A DNA stretch of 42,005 nt. Origin: a virus. Taxonomy: Duplodnaviria > Caudoviricetes. Location of the stretch: positions 1 through 42,005 of IMG/VR virus record IMGVR_UViG_3300037478_000272; one strand, 5' to 3'. Positions 24,813 to 34,012 of the stretch are shown piece by piece. A program made the position numbers and the translations under genes. The notes below the pieces were generated by a model that made no database searches, was not told the DNA's origin, and saw nothing but the letters and a program-made list of their open reading frames with translations. The stretch's first letter is position 1. Every line of letters begins with the position of its first letter.

Positions 24813-26449
24813 GCCGCTCCTCTTGCTTGGTTGACTGCGATGTCGGCGGCCGCGCGGGCACCCTGCTCGGCCCCAGCCTGCTGGGCCTGCGCGGCGAGCG
24901 CACGCTGGATGTCACGCTCGACCTCTTCTTGTGGACGGCGCAGGCCCGGCGCCTGGATGGCGTTGTAGCGCAGCACGAGGTCGATCACGATGCCGCGATC
25001 CAGTTCGGGCAGGTCGCGCAGCGCGGGCGCGATGGTGGAGAGCTGGCCGATCACCGCCTGGAGCTTGCCGCCCTCGATCTGGCGAGCCAGCGCGGCCAGC
25101 CCGGTCAGCACCTTGATCTCCACGGTGTCGCGGCCGCCCACCCGCAGGTTCTCGATGAGCTTGCGCTCGATGAGGCGGTTGCGGGCCCGGATGGCCAGCG
25201 GGGCCTGGAGTTCCTCCGCGATCGGCGCGTAGAACCCGCCCAGCGAGCCCTCGATCTCCTTCAAGTCGACATTGACCACTTCGGTGGCGGTGGTCCGCTC
25301 GGAGTCGCGCGGGCTCGCGATCAGCATGGCCTGCTTGAGCCGGTCGTGCTGCGCGGCCTCGACCTCCGCGACGATCTGGAAGTCCTTGATGGAAGGGCCT
25401 TGGAGCCATGCGATGTCGTGGATGACGCCGTCGCGCACGTCCGCGTTCTCGATCGGCGTGCCCGACTCCTGCATGAGCTGATGAGCCTGGACGTCCGAAC
25501 CGCGCCCGATGCACGGGTGCTGCTTCGACGCCAGCGCGGCGAACTGGAGCAGCCGCTCATTCAGCTTGTTGTTGGAGCGAAGCTCGCCCAGGTTGAGACG
25601 AACCCAGCCGCGGCCGTAGTGCTCGCCCTCGACCAGTTCGGCGGTCGGGTTGATCCACGGGAAGTTGTCGGGCTTGTCCTCGCGCTTCGCCTTGCCCTCA
25701 CCGATCGGGATCTCGTTCCCGTTGACCTCCTGCGTCGTGACCCAGAGTTTCGTCTCGGGGTTCCACTCGACGTAGGTGTAGAGGTCCTCCATCCGCTCCT
25801 TGACGGTCTTGTCGCGCAGGGCCGTGATGTCGAGGTTGGCGGCTTCGAGCTGGTCCGGGCGGAGCGTGAGCGGGTCCAGCCGCTCGCGGATCGCGTGGTA
25901 GAGCACGTCGCAGCACGTGTCGCGCCTGGTGACGTACTGGTCGAACCTGAATCCGCGCAGCCTGAGATCGTCGTCGACGTGGATCAGCGCGTCCCCGATG
26001 ATGAGCAGGCGGCTGATCGTGGTCCTGAGCACGGTGCGGAGGCCGCGACGGCGCCGGCCCCGCTTGTCGAATCCACTGTTGCCCGATTCGAGCATCGCCT
26101 GGGTGAGCATCGCCTGGAAGGTGAGCCGTTCGGCGAACTCGTGAAGCTGCTCGGGATCGACCTCGGGATCGAACTCGATCGACGGGTCGGCGACGAACTC
26201 GAACATCGGCTGGCCGGGCGGCGCGATGGTGAGCAGCAGCTCGCCCTCCAGGTTCGTCACGCCGCGCGACCCGATCGACTGGAAGTTTTCGGGCAGCTCC
26301 TGGTCGTCTTCGCCGCCGGCGTCGCCCAGGATGGGTGGAAGTACCCATGGCTTCGTAAGCGCCGCCGCGAGCTGGGCATCGCGTAGCACGTCGGATCGCG
26401 CGTCGTGGTCTTGTTTCCAGAGCGCGCTGATGCGGCCTTGCTCAGCCAG
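24809..26449 (-). CDS. Portal / head-to-tail connector (gp8-like); probable CTG start
   Basis: FQSIGSRGVTNL, GEHYGRGWV, RDSERTTATEV, LGGFYAPIAEELQAPL, TGLAALAR are gp8 motifs. The frame extends 60 nt upstream of the ORF-track GTG to a CTG 7 nt after AAGGAG. Confidence 0.92.
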   Translation of the reverse strand: MAEQGRISALWKQDHDARSDVLRDAQLAAALTKPWVLPPILGDAGGEDDQELPENFQSIGSRGVTNLEGELLLTIAPPGQPMFEFVADPSIEFDPEVDPEQLHEFAERLTFQAMLTQAMLESGNSGFDKRGRRRRGLRTVLRTTISRLLIIGDALIHVDDDLRLRGFRFDQYVTRRDTCCDVLYHAIRERLDPLTLRPDQLEAANLDITALRDKTVKERMEDLYTYVEWNPETKLWVTTQEVNGNEIPIGEGKAKREDKPDNFPWINPTAELVEGEHYGRGWVRLNLGELRSNNKLNERLLQFAALASKQHPCIGRGSDVQAHQLMQESGTPIENADVRDGVIHDIAWLQGPSIKDFQIVAEVEAAQHDRLKQAMLIASPRDSERTTATEVVNVDLKEIEGSLGGFYAPIAEELQAPLAIRARNRLIERKLIENLRVGGRDTVEIKVLTGLAALARQIEGGKLQAVIGQLSTIAPALRDLPELDRGIVIDLVLRYNAIQAPGLRRPQEEVERDIQRALAAQAQQAGAEQGARAAADIAVNQARGAA

Positions 26450-26714
26450 TGCGGCGCTCCTTCTGTTCTGCGGCCTGCTCGATCTCGAGGAAGAGGCTCA
26501 GCCGGCCGGCCTCGAACTGCACGAGTTCGGCCCGCTCGGCGCTCCCGAGTTCCTTATCGCGGGCCAGTTCGATGAACGCGTCCTCGCCGCGCACCCTGGG
26601 GCGCAGGGCCTCAACCACCTGGCGCAAGACCGCGACGTGGATGTCCACGAGCTTCAAGCCACCGCTGGAGGGCACCCGGAGATGAGACACGTCGAGGGAC
26701 TGGGATTCCGGCAC
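26442..26714 (-). CDS. Small conserved pre-portal protein of T7-like phages (start uncertain, possibly ~26618)
   Basis: C-terminal VQFEAGRLSLFLEIE resembles the F/Y-x-A-G-Q-x-S-V motif of small genes upstream of T7-like portals. Confidence 0.5.
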   Translation of the reverse strand: MPESQSLDVSHLRVPSSGGLKLVDIHVAVLRQVVEALRPRVRGEDAFIELARDKELGSAERAELVQFEAGRLSLFLEIEQAAEQKERRTG

Positions 26715-27102
26715 GACGGAGCACCTCCGAGCAAATGACGACGCAATCCGTCGCCGGGATCATGCCGCGAGACAGCCATCGAAACATCCGGGGCCATGTA
26801 GGCTGGGTGAGTCCTGCAGGCCAATCTACCCAGGGGGCAATCGGGGCCTGAATGTCCACCGTGCCGACGATCCGGCGATGGTGATGGGCCTCGAACTCGA
26901 TCTGGGCCCAGTAGCGCAGCCCGGTCATTACCGGGTCGATCACCCCGCCATCGACGCAGATCGCTACATGATCGAAGCACGATCGCGTAAGAACGCGAAT
27001 CGCCCAGGTGCCTAGATAGCGCGGATGCCGCACCCGTCGGCATAGGGGAATATCCCCAGTCCGAACAAGGTAGAGGCGCAGTTCCGAACCCCTAAGGGAC
27101 AT
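26611..27102 (-). CDS. Permuted papain-like (NlpC/P60, YiiX-type) amidase/peptidase
   Basis: His before Cys: FDHVAI...DCVVICSEVLRRAGI...SPGAL. Confidence 0.65.
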   Translation of the reverse strand: MSLRGSELRLYLVRTGDIPLCRRVRHPRYLGTWAIRVLTRSCFDHVAICVDGGVIDPVMTGLRYWAQIEFEAHHHRRIVGTVDIQAPIAPWVDWPAGLTQPTWPRMFRWLSRGMIPATDCVVICSEVLRRAGIPVPRRVSSPGALQRWLEARGHPRRGLAPGG

Positions 27103-27124
27103 TCACCCGAGGATGAAGTTGCGT

Positions 27125-27140
27125 TGTTCCACGTGGAACT
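27125..27140. promoter_or_regulatory. parS: parS-like palindrome TGTTCCACGTGGAACT
   Basis: Perfect 14-bp palindrome GTTCCACGTGGAAC in the intergenic gap after the RNAP gene. Matches the bacterial parS consensus TGTTNCACGTGNAACA. Confidence 0.75.
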
Positions 27141-27151
27141 CATGCCATTTG

Positions 27152-29683
27152 TCACGAGAACGCGTACTCGGCATCGAGCACGTCGGCCAGCCGGAACGTG
27201 CCCCGGTCGGGCGGCTCGGGGATCTCGCAGTGCGGGTTGGCGTCCTGGAGGTCGCACCCGAGCTTGACGAGCAGATCAGACTGGTGGAGTCGGCAGAACT
27301 CCTCGCGGGCGAGCCGGCCGACGCGGCCGATGTCGGCGAGGTGGCTCCGGTAGCAGTCGTGGATGCCGGCGAAGTCGATGCCCTCGCCGTGGCTCCGGAT
27401 GGCCGTCATGAACATGTGGGCCGCATCGAGCGTGTGGACGTAGTTCGGGGCGAAGGCCCGCCGCTGGGTTCCGCCCTTGACCCGCGTTTCGGCCTCGTGC
27501 CAGGCCACCTTGATGTCCTGAAGGGCCGTCCGAATCTGCTCCCTCGGCATGGCGCGGTAGGGCTGGCTGACCGGGAAGCCGATCACCGGCATCTCGTACT
27601 CCACCGTCACACGCCCGTAGATGCGCTCCATGCGGCCTTTCTTCGTCCTGACCCGGCGGGTCACGATCGCGTCGGCGCAACGCTCCAGCCAGTTCATGAT
27701 CTCGACCGCCTTCGGGCAGGTCTCGCGGATCGCAGTGAACACGAGCGGCGGGAGGTATTTGCGGGCGTCCCGGAATAGCTCAGGGTCGACGCCGGCACGC
27801 TCCAGCATCCTGTCCATCACCCACCGGCGCCGGCACTCGTGCGGGTTGATCCCGAACGCCTTGAGCATCTTGGCGGTCAACTGCTTCCGGGCCCCGATCG
27901 CGGTCACGCCGTACACCGTCGTCATGAACGGCTGCTTGATGAGGTCGTCGTCGAGGATCGGCAGGATGAGCTTGGCGTGCGGCATCCAGCGGGCGTCCTG
28001 CTCGACCTGGGGCAGGATGCGATCGACGCCGTCGCGGTAGATCCGCTGGGGCCGCTCGCACGGGGTCAGGTTGACCGCCCGGGCGCCTTCGGGATCAAGC
28101 CCCAGCGCGGCGTAGTGCTGAAGCCCGTTGCACGTCCCGTCGATCTCGGCCGACAGGTGCTCGGCGGGCTCGGTGTTGCCCTCGCGGAACTTATGGAGCG
28201 CGTACGCCGCCGCGGCGAACTGGAACGGTTTGTCGGCGTCGCGCCAAACTTCCGGGAACTCGAGCGGCTTCGTGGCCGCCAGCGTCACCTCGGCCATGTG
28301 GTCCTCGGTCCAGGCGATCCGCTCATCGAAGGTCGCCTTGTCGAATCCGAACGTGTTGGCGACGTGGATGTAGAGCGCCCGGACGGCGCCGTCGTCCAAT
28401 GGTCGCGGCCTCGACCACCGGAACAGCGAGCGAGACACGTCGTCGCCCTGGTGATTCAGGTGCGGCTCCGGGTAGGCCCGGCCGGTGAAGTCCAGGTGGT
28501 GAGGCACATAGATCGCTCGCCGGTCCTTCAACTCGCGGGCGATCGTTAGCCGCTGCTCGAACTCCTCTCGCAGGCCCGACAGCGCGATGTTGCGCGCGTA
28601 TGCCTCGGACCGCGCGCTCTTGTTGGCCCTGATGACCATCTCGTCGGTCGACGCGACCTCTGGCGGCATCGGGACGTTGTCGCGCGGCGGGATCGTCGAC
28701 ACCTCCCACCCGCGCTTGCGGCACTCCTCGATGAGCCAGTGGGCGTGGCGGTCGATCTGCTGGGCGGGCGCGTTCACACAGTTGAGACCGTGGAATATAT
28801 TGCCCAGATCGGTCCGCTCCAGCGCGGCGCGCTGGGTCGGGCGCATCTTGCTCACCATCGCGGTGCGGACCTTGAGATAGCCGCCCTCCTGAATCGTCCC
28901 GTCCTCGCGGTAGGTCCATGTCACGGGCGGGCACAGCATCGGCCAGTGTCGCGGACGCATCGTCTCGCGGGCACGGTGGCCCTCGTCGATCACGTCGTAG
29001 AGGCTCGGGTCCGCCAGGATGTACGCGATTCGATGACGCCGCACGCGGCGCAGGACGCGGTGGAACACCAACTCGCCGTCGATCGTCGCGGTCTCCATGA
29101 GGCAGCCGAACAGCATCGCGCCGAGCGAGATCCGGGTCTTGGCTTCCCGCCGGCCGTCGTCACGGAGCTGGGCGTACCAGTGATTGAACTCCGCCGGCCT
29201 GATTACGCGGTACCTCCGCAGGTAGTCGCTCACCTTGATGTCGGGGTCGCGAACCGCCGCGATATGATTCATTTCGGTGAAGACCGCGCGGCCCACCGAG
29301 TTCGCGACCACGATCGACTTCTGGTCGCGCTCGCCCTGGAGGAATGCGTTGAACGTCGCGTACATGGTCAGGATCGACAGCCGCTGCGCCCATCGCGGGG
29401 CGCCGTAGGTCAGGATGTCGCGGTACAGCCCGACGCCATTGCCCCGGCCGCGCTTGGCGCGGCGCCGCTCGAGGATGATCCGCCGCGTCAGGCTCGGGTG
29501 CCAGTAGACCATGAGGCGCTCGACCGGCTTGAGCGACGTGACCTCGCCCCGCCGCGTGGCGTCCGCGACGGCCTTGCGGTATCGGTCGACGCCCTGGGAG
29601 ATCGCCTTGGTCTCCAGCGCGATCTGCTCGCGGATGATGGAGTCGCCCAGGAGTGGTGATTTGAGGGTCGCTTCCGTGCGCAT
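27152..29683 (-). CDS. Single-subunit DNA-directed RNA polymerase (T7/mitochondrial family)
   Basis: 843 aa: DFTGRAYP, HQGDD, DGTCNGLQHY (motif A), KQPFMTTVYG (motif B), PNYVHTLDAAHM, IHDCY (motif C), C-terminal YAFS. Confidence 0.97.
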   Translation of the reverse strand: MRTEATLKSPLLGDSIIREQIALETKAISQGVDRYRKAVADATRRGEVTSLKPVERLMVYWHPSLTRRIILERRRAKRGRGNGVGLYRDILTYGAPRWAQRLSILTMYATFNAFLQGERDQKSIVVANSVGRAVFTEMNHIAAVRDPDIKVSDYLRRYRVIRPAEFNHWYAQLRDDGRREAKTRISLGAMLFGCLMETATIDGELVFHRVLRRVRRHRIAYILADPSLYDVIDEGHRARETMRPRHWPMLCPPVTWTYREDGTIQEGGYLKVRTAMVSKMRPTQRAALERTDLGNIFHGLNCVNAPAQQIDRHAHWLIEECRKRGWEVSTIPPRDNVPMPPEVASTDEMVIRANKSARSEAYARNIALSGLREEFEQRLTIARELKDRRAIYVPHHLDFTGRAYPEPHLNHQGDDVSRSLFRWSRPRPLDDGAVRALYIHVANTFGFDKATFDERIAWTEDHMAEVTLAATKPLEFPEVWRDADKPFQFAAAAYALHKFREGNTEPAEHLSAEIDGTCNGLQHYAALGLDPEGARAVNLTPCERPQRIYRDGVDRILPQVEQDARWMPHAKLILPILDDDLIKQPFMTTVYGVTAIGARKQLTAKMLKAFGINPHECRRRWVMDRMLERAGVDPELFRDARKYLPPLVFTAIRETCPKAVEIMNWLERCADAIVTRRVRTKKGRMERIYGRVTVEYEMPVIGFPVSQPYRAMPREQIRTALQDIKVAWHEAETRVKGGTQRRAFAPNYVHTLDAAHMFMTAIRSHGEGIDFAGIHDCYRSHLADIGRVGRLAREEFCRLHQSDLLVKLGCDLQDANPHCEIPEPPDRGTFRLADVLDAEYAFS

Positions 29684-29710
29684 TGATCTCTCAGTTGAAC
29701 AGAAGGTGTC

Positions 29711-30010
29711 CTATCGGACCTTGCCCCGATTCGCCCACTCGCGCAGAGCGTTGATGACGTCGTGAGCTTCGTGAGCGACAATGGCGTGGTGCTCACCCAT
29801 GCCAAATGAGGTAAGGAAACCGCCGCCACTCTGCGCCTCCGTGACGATTACGCATCCTGCCTCCTGCGGAACGATTCTTGTGATGCTCCGCAGGTCCACC
29901 ATGCCCACGCCGCGGTCCAGGTATCGCACGAACATTCGCGGACCACCACCAAGATCCACGATCTCCAGCGCCGTCAGCCCGCTTCCCGTGGTCGACATGT
30001 CATTCGCCAT
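29711..30010 (-). CDS. Hypothetical protein
   Basis: 99 aa with a GGAG RBS. Confidence 0.6.
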   Translation of the reverse strand: MANDMSTTGSGLTALEIVDLGGGPRMFVRYLDRGVGMVDLRSITRIVPQEAGCVIVTEAQSGGGFLTSFGMGEHHAIVAHEAHDVINALREWANRGKVR

Positions 30011-30020
30011 CGCAAGCTCC

Positions 30021-30275
30021 TCAGTCGTCGGTCCCCAAAGAACGGTCCATCCGCTCGCTCAACTCCTCTACGTCGTCCGGCGTCCATGCTGGGCAATGAC
30101 GACACGCGTACCACCATTCGTACCCGGCGCGCTGTGCCGGTGGCGGGTCGTCATCATCCGACGCTCCCGGCAGCCAGCAATGCGTCCCGTCGCACAGGGT
30201 ACAGGCAACCGGACACTTCTCGCCCGCATCGAAGATCCGCTCGCCCAGTGCGCCGATCGTGTTCGTCATGGTCAT
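30021..30275 (-). CDS. Hypothetical small Cys-rich (Zn-binding?) protein
   Basis: CxxxCxxC...CxxC pattern, coupled to the upstream stop. Confidence 0.55.
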   Translation of the reverse strand: MTMTNTIGALGERIFDAGEKCPVACTLCDGTHCWLPGASDDDDPPPAQRAGYEWWYACRHCPAWTPDDVEELSERMDRSLGTDD

Positions 30276-30607
30276 CCTTCTCGGTCCTTCGCCCTCACCG
30301 CGTCCACCGCGAGGCGGAGGCAGGTGTCGAAGTCGGCGTGGGCGACATCCATGCCTATGTGATACATTCCGTCACGACCTTTACGCAGAATCCATGCCCT
30401 CGCCATCAACCACTGCACCGCCCGATCGCGGTGCAGGGCGTGGGCGACGTCGGTGTCCTCGCGCAACGCTTGATCTTCGCCACCACACCACCACCAATCT
30501 TCCACGTCGGCGTTGCAGACCAGATACCTGCGCCCACCACGCTTCGTCGGCCTCAACTCCGGCACGTCATCTACAAGCTCGTGCCACTCTCGGGGCTCAG
30601 GCATCAC
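30272..30607 (-). CDS. Hypothetical protein
   Basis: 111 aa with 4-bp overlaps on both sides. Confidence 0.55.
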   Translation of the reverse strand: MMPEPREWHELVDDVPELRPTKRGGRRYLVCNADVEDWWWCGGEDQALREDTDVAHALHRDRAVQWLMARAWILRKGRDGMYHIGMDVAHADFDTCLRLAVDAVRAKDREG

Positions 30608-31020
30608 TCCCCCTCCGTGCCGCGTGCGAGGGCGGCGTCGTGCTCTTCCTTGTCGTTGCCGATGGTCTCACAGTAGAGGTTCTTCTGCTCCGTCGTCATG
30701 GCTCGATATCCGCAGTCGAGATAACCCGAGTGGATCCACGCATGGCGCACCAGTTCCCTCAGCCGCTCAATCTCCGCAAACAGGCCGCCGACGCTCTTGT
30801 TTCGTTCGGCACAAAGACGCGCCATTCGGTGCGCCTCTCGGTCTTGTTCCCCCACGCGCTTCTCGGCGGCTTCGAGGGCGTCGGCGGCTTGCTCAAGTGT
30901 GTCGGCTGTATTATTTGCGGAGGTGGCGTCAAGTTTGGCGCCCCGGTATCGCTCGACGAGCAGTTGCAGGGATTTGGCTCGATGTCGAGCGTCTGAAATG
31001 ATCGCCTCATTCTTCACCAT
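30604..31020 (-). CDS. Hypothetical coiled-coil protein (Ead/Ea22-like accessory)
   Basis: MVKNEA...LEQAADALEAAEKR...AEIERLREL. GGAGG upstream of ATG 31020. Confidence 0.55.
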   Translation of the reverse strand: MVKNEAIISDARHRAKSLQLLVERYRGAKLDATSANNTADTLEQAADALEAAEKRVGEQDREAHRMARLCAERNKSVGGLFAEIERLRELVRHAWIHSGYLDCGYRAMTTEQKNLYCETIGNDKEEHDAALARGTEGE

Positions 31021-31351
31021 CTTCGCCTCCAATCACAGTCTCCGCCGCGAGCAGCAGGGCTTCGGAGTAGGTGTCGGCCCCCGCGAAGCCGGTGAACTCA
31101 GAGCGTTCGTATGTGTCCCACGACTCAGTTCCGTCGTCCCATTCGATGTGCAGTCCATGCTCCTTCGCCAGCCACTCCGCGATGTTCCGCTCGATGAGGG
31201 CGTGGGCGACAACGTCCGCCACATCGTCAAAGTGATGTCCAACCTTTATCCAGACGAAGGACCATCCGTCGCCATATCGAAGTTCGAGCGCACCTAACAT
31301 GACTACCAACTCCGGCACCCGTTCAATCAACTCCGCGTGTCGGTCAGGCAT
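31007..31351 (-). CDS. Hypothetical protein
   Basis: MPDRHAELIERVPEL..., a probable paralog of 30272-30607 (WHELVDDVPEL...VAHAL). AAGGAG RBS. Confidence 0.55.
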   Translation of the reverse strand: MPDRHAELIERVPELVVMLGALELRYGDGWSFVWIKVGHHFDDVADVVAHALIERNIAEWLAKEHGLHIEWDDGTESWDTYERSEFTGFAGADTYSEALLLAAETVIGGEDGEE

Positions 31352-31568
31352 GGGGAGGCTCCTTGTCATCACACGGGATGATGCGCACCTCGGATGGAGG
31401 GCCGTAGTTCCAGCGAACGTGCGATATGATCTCCTGCACTCGCCGGAGCTTCATGCGCATCGCGTTGTTCAGTAGGTCGGGGGCACAAGTCATACGATCG
31501 GCAATGGCAGGCAGAAGTCGCTCCAGTTCCGCCAAGTCCTCTTCGTGAATCTGAAACATCTTCCCCAT
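31344..31568 (-). CDS. Hypothetical protein
   Basis: MGKMFQIHEEDLAELERLLP..., 74 aa, coupled start. Confidence 0.55.
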   Translation of the reverse strand: MGKMFQIHEEDLAELERLLPAIADRMTCAPDLLNNAMRMKLRRVQEIISHVRWNYGPPSEVRIIPCDDKEPPHA

Positions 31569-31957
31569 CACCAATCTCCCTTCGCAGCTTCGGCAGCTTC
31601 GGCAGCTTCTCGGGTGGAGTAGCACTCAGAAATCGGGCACACGACATCGCAAGCCCCAGCCGGACTCACGAAATCCGCCGCATCCTCCGCATTCAGGGCC
31701 ATGAACAGACGGTCGGGATACTTCGGGTGGAACAGACAATCAATCTCGGGGATGGCAGGCATCCCATCAGCGGTCACGCCCAGCTTCGCCACCACTTCCC
31801 TCAGCCTCAGCAGCTCGTCCGCCATCCCCGCGTACTCGCGAAGCAGGCGGGAGGTGTCGCGGTGGCGGTGGTCGGCCATGCTGTTTGGGACAAGGCTCTG
31901 CGACAGGCTTTCATTCCACTCCGCCAGTTCAATCGCTCGCTCGGCGTCAGTCGGCAT
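31568..31957 (-). CDS. Hypothetical phage protein
   Basis: 129 aa: KLGVTADG...CYSTREAAEAA. Confidence 0.55.
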   Translation of the reverse strand: MPTDAERAIELAEWNESLSQSLVPNSMADHRHRDTSRLLREYAGMADELLRLREVVAKLGVTADGMPAIPEIDCLFHPKYPDRLFMALNAEDAADFVSPAGACDVVCPISECYSTREAAEAAEAAKGDW

Positions 31958-32441
31958 TGGTTCCGTATCCTTTCAGTCGCACCGGCTCGACATCCGAACG
32001 CACGTACAGCGGGTGTTTCGGCGAGCCATCTTTATTGATCGCCAGCGCCATCGGATCGCAACCGCTACTTACCAACATCCTGCCAACCTCAAAGCCCCTG
32101 CCAAGATAGCAGGCGTGGCGGCCCCAGGCGCAGACGACACGATCGAGATTTATCGCCGCGTCAAGGATCGCGTCGTCGTTATCAGGCCCAACGGGGTCGT
32201 CGTGGTGTCGAAGTGATTGAGGATTCGTCGCGCGGAGTGCGAACAGGTTCACTACCGCCAAGCCGCCGAATCCCCACGCCTTCGAGAATGCGATGCACCG
32301 ACGAATCGTGGGATCATCGGTGTCGGCGTCCGCCGTGCTCGGGTTGAGCATCACCCAGCAGCAGTGACCGCCATCGCCCCAGTTGCGTGTTAGGAGATAG
32401 CGATACTGTCCGCACTCGCTGATGGTAGCGGTTCCGCCCAT
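31947..32441 (-). CDS. DUF1643 family protein
   Basis: ATG at 32441: ISECGQYRYLLTRNW...VMLNPSTAD...DDPTIRRC...VNLFALRATNP...AWG...PKHPLY. Confidence 0.85.
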   Translation of the reverse strand: MGGTATISECGQYRYLLTRNWGDGGHCCWVMLNPSTADADTDDPTIRRCIAFSKAWGFGGLAVVNLFALRATNPQSLRHHDDPVGPDNDDAILDAAINLDRVVCAWGRHACYLGRGFEVGRMLVSSGCDPMALAINKDGSPKHPLYVRSDVEPVRLKGYGTNAD

Positions 32442-32502
32442 CACGTCACTCCTGTAAACAGCGGCGCGTCGCCAGCCGCGTCGGTGCGGTGTGTGTCGGG
32501 GC

Positions 32503-33261
32503 TCATGCGATGGCCTCCCGAACGGCCTTGGCGATCGCGCGGCCCATCGGGAGCGGGACGCCGTTGCCGACGGCTTGCAGTTTCGCTCGCATCGTGAAAC
32601 CCGGCAGGTCGAAGTCGACTGGCAATCCCTGTTGCTCGCACAGCTTTGGAATGGCGGCTTCGCTGCGGTAGCCCATCGTGCCCATCGGCTGCTTCTTCCG
32701 CTTGCCGCTTCCCCCGATTGCGATGCTCGGCTTTCGAGCGCACGATCCGCCGCCCCCCGTCGCGGCGTACTCGAACTCGGGATGCTCGAACACGACCGTC
32801 TCGACGCCAAGGATGCGTCGCTCTCCCCGATGCCCGAATGACCATCGGCGTGTGCGGCTCTGCTTCTCGCCGAGTTGACGGTTGTTGAGAAGGAAGTCGT
32901 GGACCTCGTAGCCATCGACGGCCGGCACGGGAGCGGCTGGCACCTCCTCCATCACGAACCAGGTCGGAGCCGCTTCATTGATGCACCGCTCGAACTCCGG
33001 GATGAGGTTGCCGAACTTCGGCTCGTAGCCGTTGTGACGGACCATATGCGAAAGCGTGCTGAACGCCTGGCACGGCGGCCCGCCAATCACCCCATCGAAC
33101 TTCCCCGCCGGCGGATGGAAGCGCCTCACGTCTCCGCCCCACAAGCAGTCAGGCCCTCGGACGACACAGAAGCCCTCCTGCTCGAAGGCCATGTCCAGCA
33201 GGCCGATACCAGGGAACAGGCTCAGCACCAAGCACTCGCCGACGTGGATGTCGCGCGTCAC
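32503..33261 (-). CDS. dcm: DNA (cytosine-5) methyltransferase, orphan
   Basis: Motif I LFPGIG, IV GGPPCQAFS, VI MEEV, VIII QSRTR, X VGNGVP. Probable GTG start at 33261. Confidence 0.9.
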   Translation of the reverse strand: MTRDIHVGECLVLSLFPGIGLLDMAFEQEGFCVVRGPDCLWGGDVRRFHPPAGKFDGVIGGPPCQAFSTLSHMVRHNGYEPKFGNLIPEFERCINEAAPTWFVMEEVPAAPVPAVDGYEVHDFLLNNRQLGEKQSRTRRWSFGHRGERRILGVETVVFEHPEFEYAATGGGGSCARKPSIAIGGSGKRKKQPMGTMGYRSEAAIPKLCEQQGLPVDFDLPGFTMRAKLQAVGNGVPLPMGRAIAKAVREAIA

Positions 33262-33719
33262 GACGTGGACTCCGTTTTGCGCCAGCGCGGCCACGGCATC
33301 TCCCACCAAGCGCATCCCTCGGAGAAGTCGATGCGCGAGTTGCAATCAACAAGAGGATCGTCAGACCACTTGAAGCCGAATGCCTTGGCCCACGGCCACT
33401 CGACATACTCTTCTTCGATGGAATCGAACACGTTGTCAAGCCAATCGTGTGGGACCATCGGATTTTGCTGGTCCCAGTTCGACATGCTCCATCGCGAGTC
33501 GATGCGGACGACGAAGTAGTTGGGCCGGAACATGATCGGCGCGAGACCCAGTAGCTTCCGACCGTCGCCGAACACCTGCGAGACGAGACGCGGCACTACG
33601 AAATGCCGCTTGCCCCAGAGGTAGGCGCACGTTCGCCGCTCGATGAGTTCGCGGAGCTTGTGAGTCGCCCTCGGGCTCATCGTTGGCGCATCGTGCCATT
33701 CGATTTGCGACCTGCTCAC
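33258..33719 (-). CDS. Hypothetical Trp-rich protein
   Basis: 153-aa ORF coupled to its neighbours by 4-bp overlaps. Confidence 0.5.
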   Translation of the reverse strand: MSRSQIEWHDAPTMSPRATHKLRELIERRTCAYLWGKRHFVVPRLVSQVFGDGRKLLGLAPIMFRPNYFVVRIDSRWSMSNWDQQNPMVPHDWLDNVFDSIEEEYVEWPWAKAFGFKWSDDPLVDCNSRIDFSEGCAWWEMPWPRWRKTESTS

Positions 33720-34012
33720 TTCGCGCCCTCCATCTCCACGGCCGCCAGCAGCGTCGCGCGGAGCGGGTCGGGGTCCTGGGCAAGCATGTCGTGGTCGGGG
33801 CTGTACCAGCCAAACGCCTCGCAGTGCATCGTCCCGCGCTGTACGATTTTGCGGAAGTCGTAATACCCAGGCCCATCTGTCAGCGCCACCGCCGCCGCCC
33901 AGGCGATGATTTCAAGGTCTCGCTGCGATGGTCCGTTCGGCCCTTGGTCTGCGGGATGGAACGGAAACCACGCCGCGTCCCTCAGCTTGAGCGCAAGGTC
34001 GATGTTGGTCAT
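33716..34012 (-). CDS. Hypothetical protein
   Basis: MTNIDLALKLRDAA..., AGGAGG RBS, ATGA overlap. Confidence 0.55.
   Translation of the reverse strand: MTNIDLALKLRDAAWFPFHPADQGPNGPSQRDLEIIAWAAAVALTDGPGYYDFRKIVQRGTMHCEAFGWYSPDHDMLAQDPDPLRATLLAAVEMEGAK

Noticed and set aside
22829-29710. Repeated T7-style 23-bp phage promoters
   Set aside because: I could not find a repeated consensus in the intergenic gaps by eye. A motif search is needed.
31584-31609. 9-bp tandem repeat GCAGCTTCG x~3
   Set aside because: It simply encodes EAAEAAEAA at the end of a small protein.
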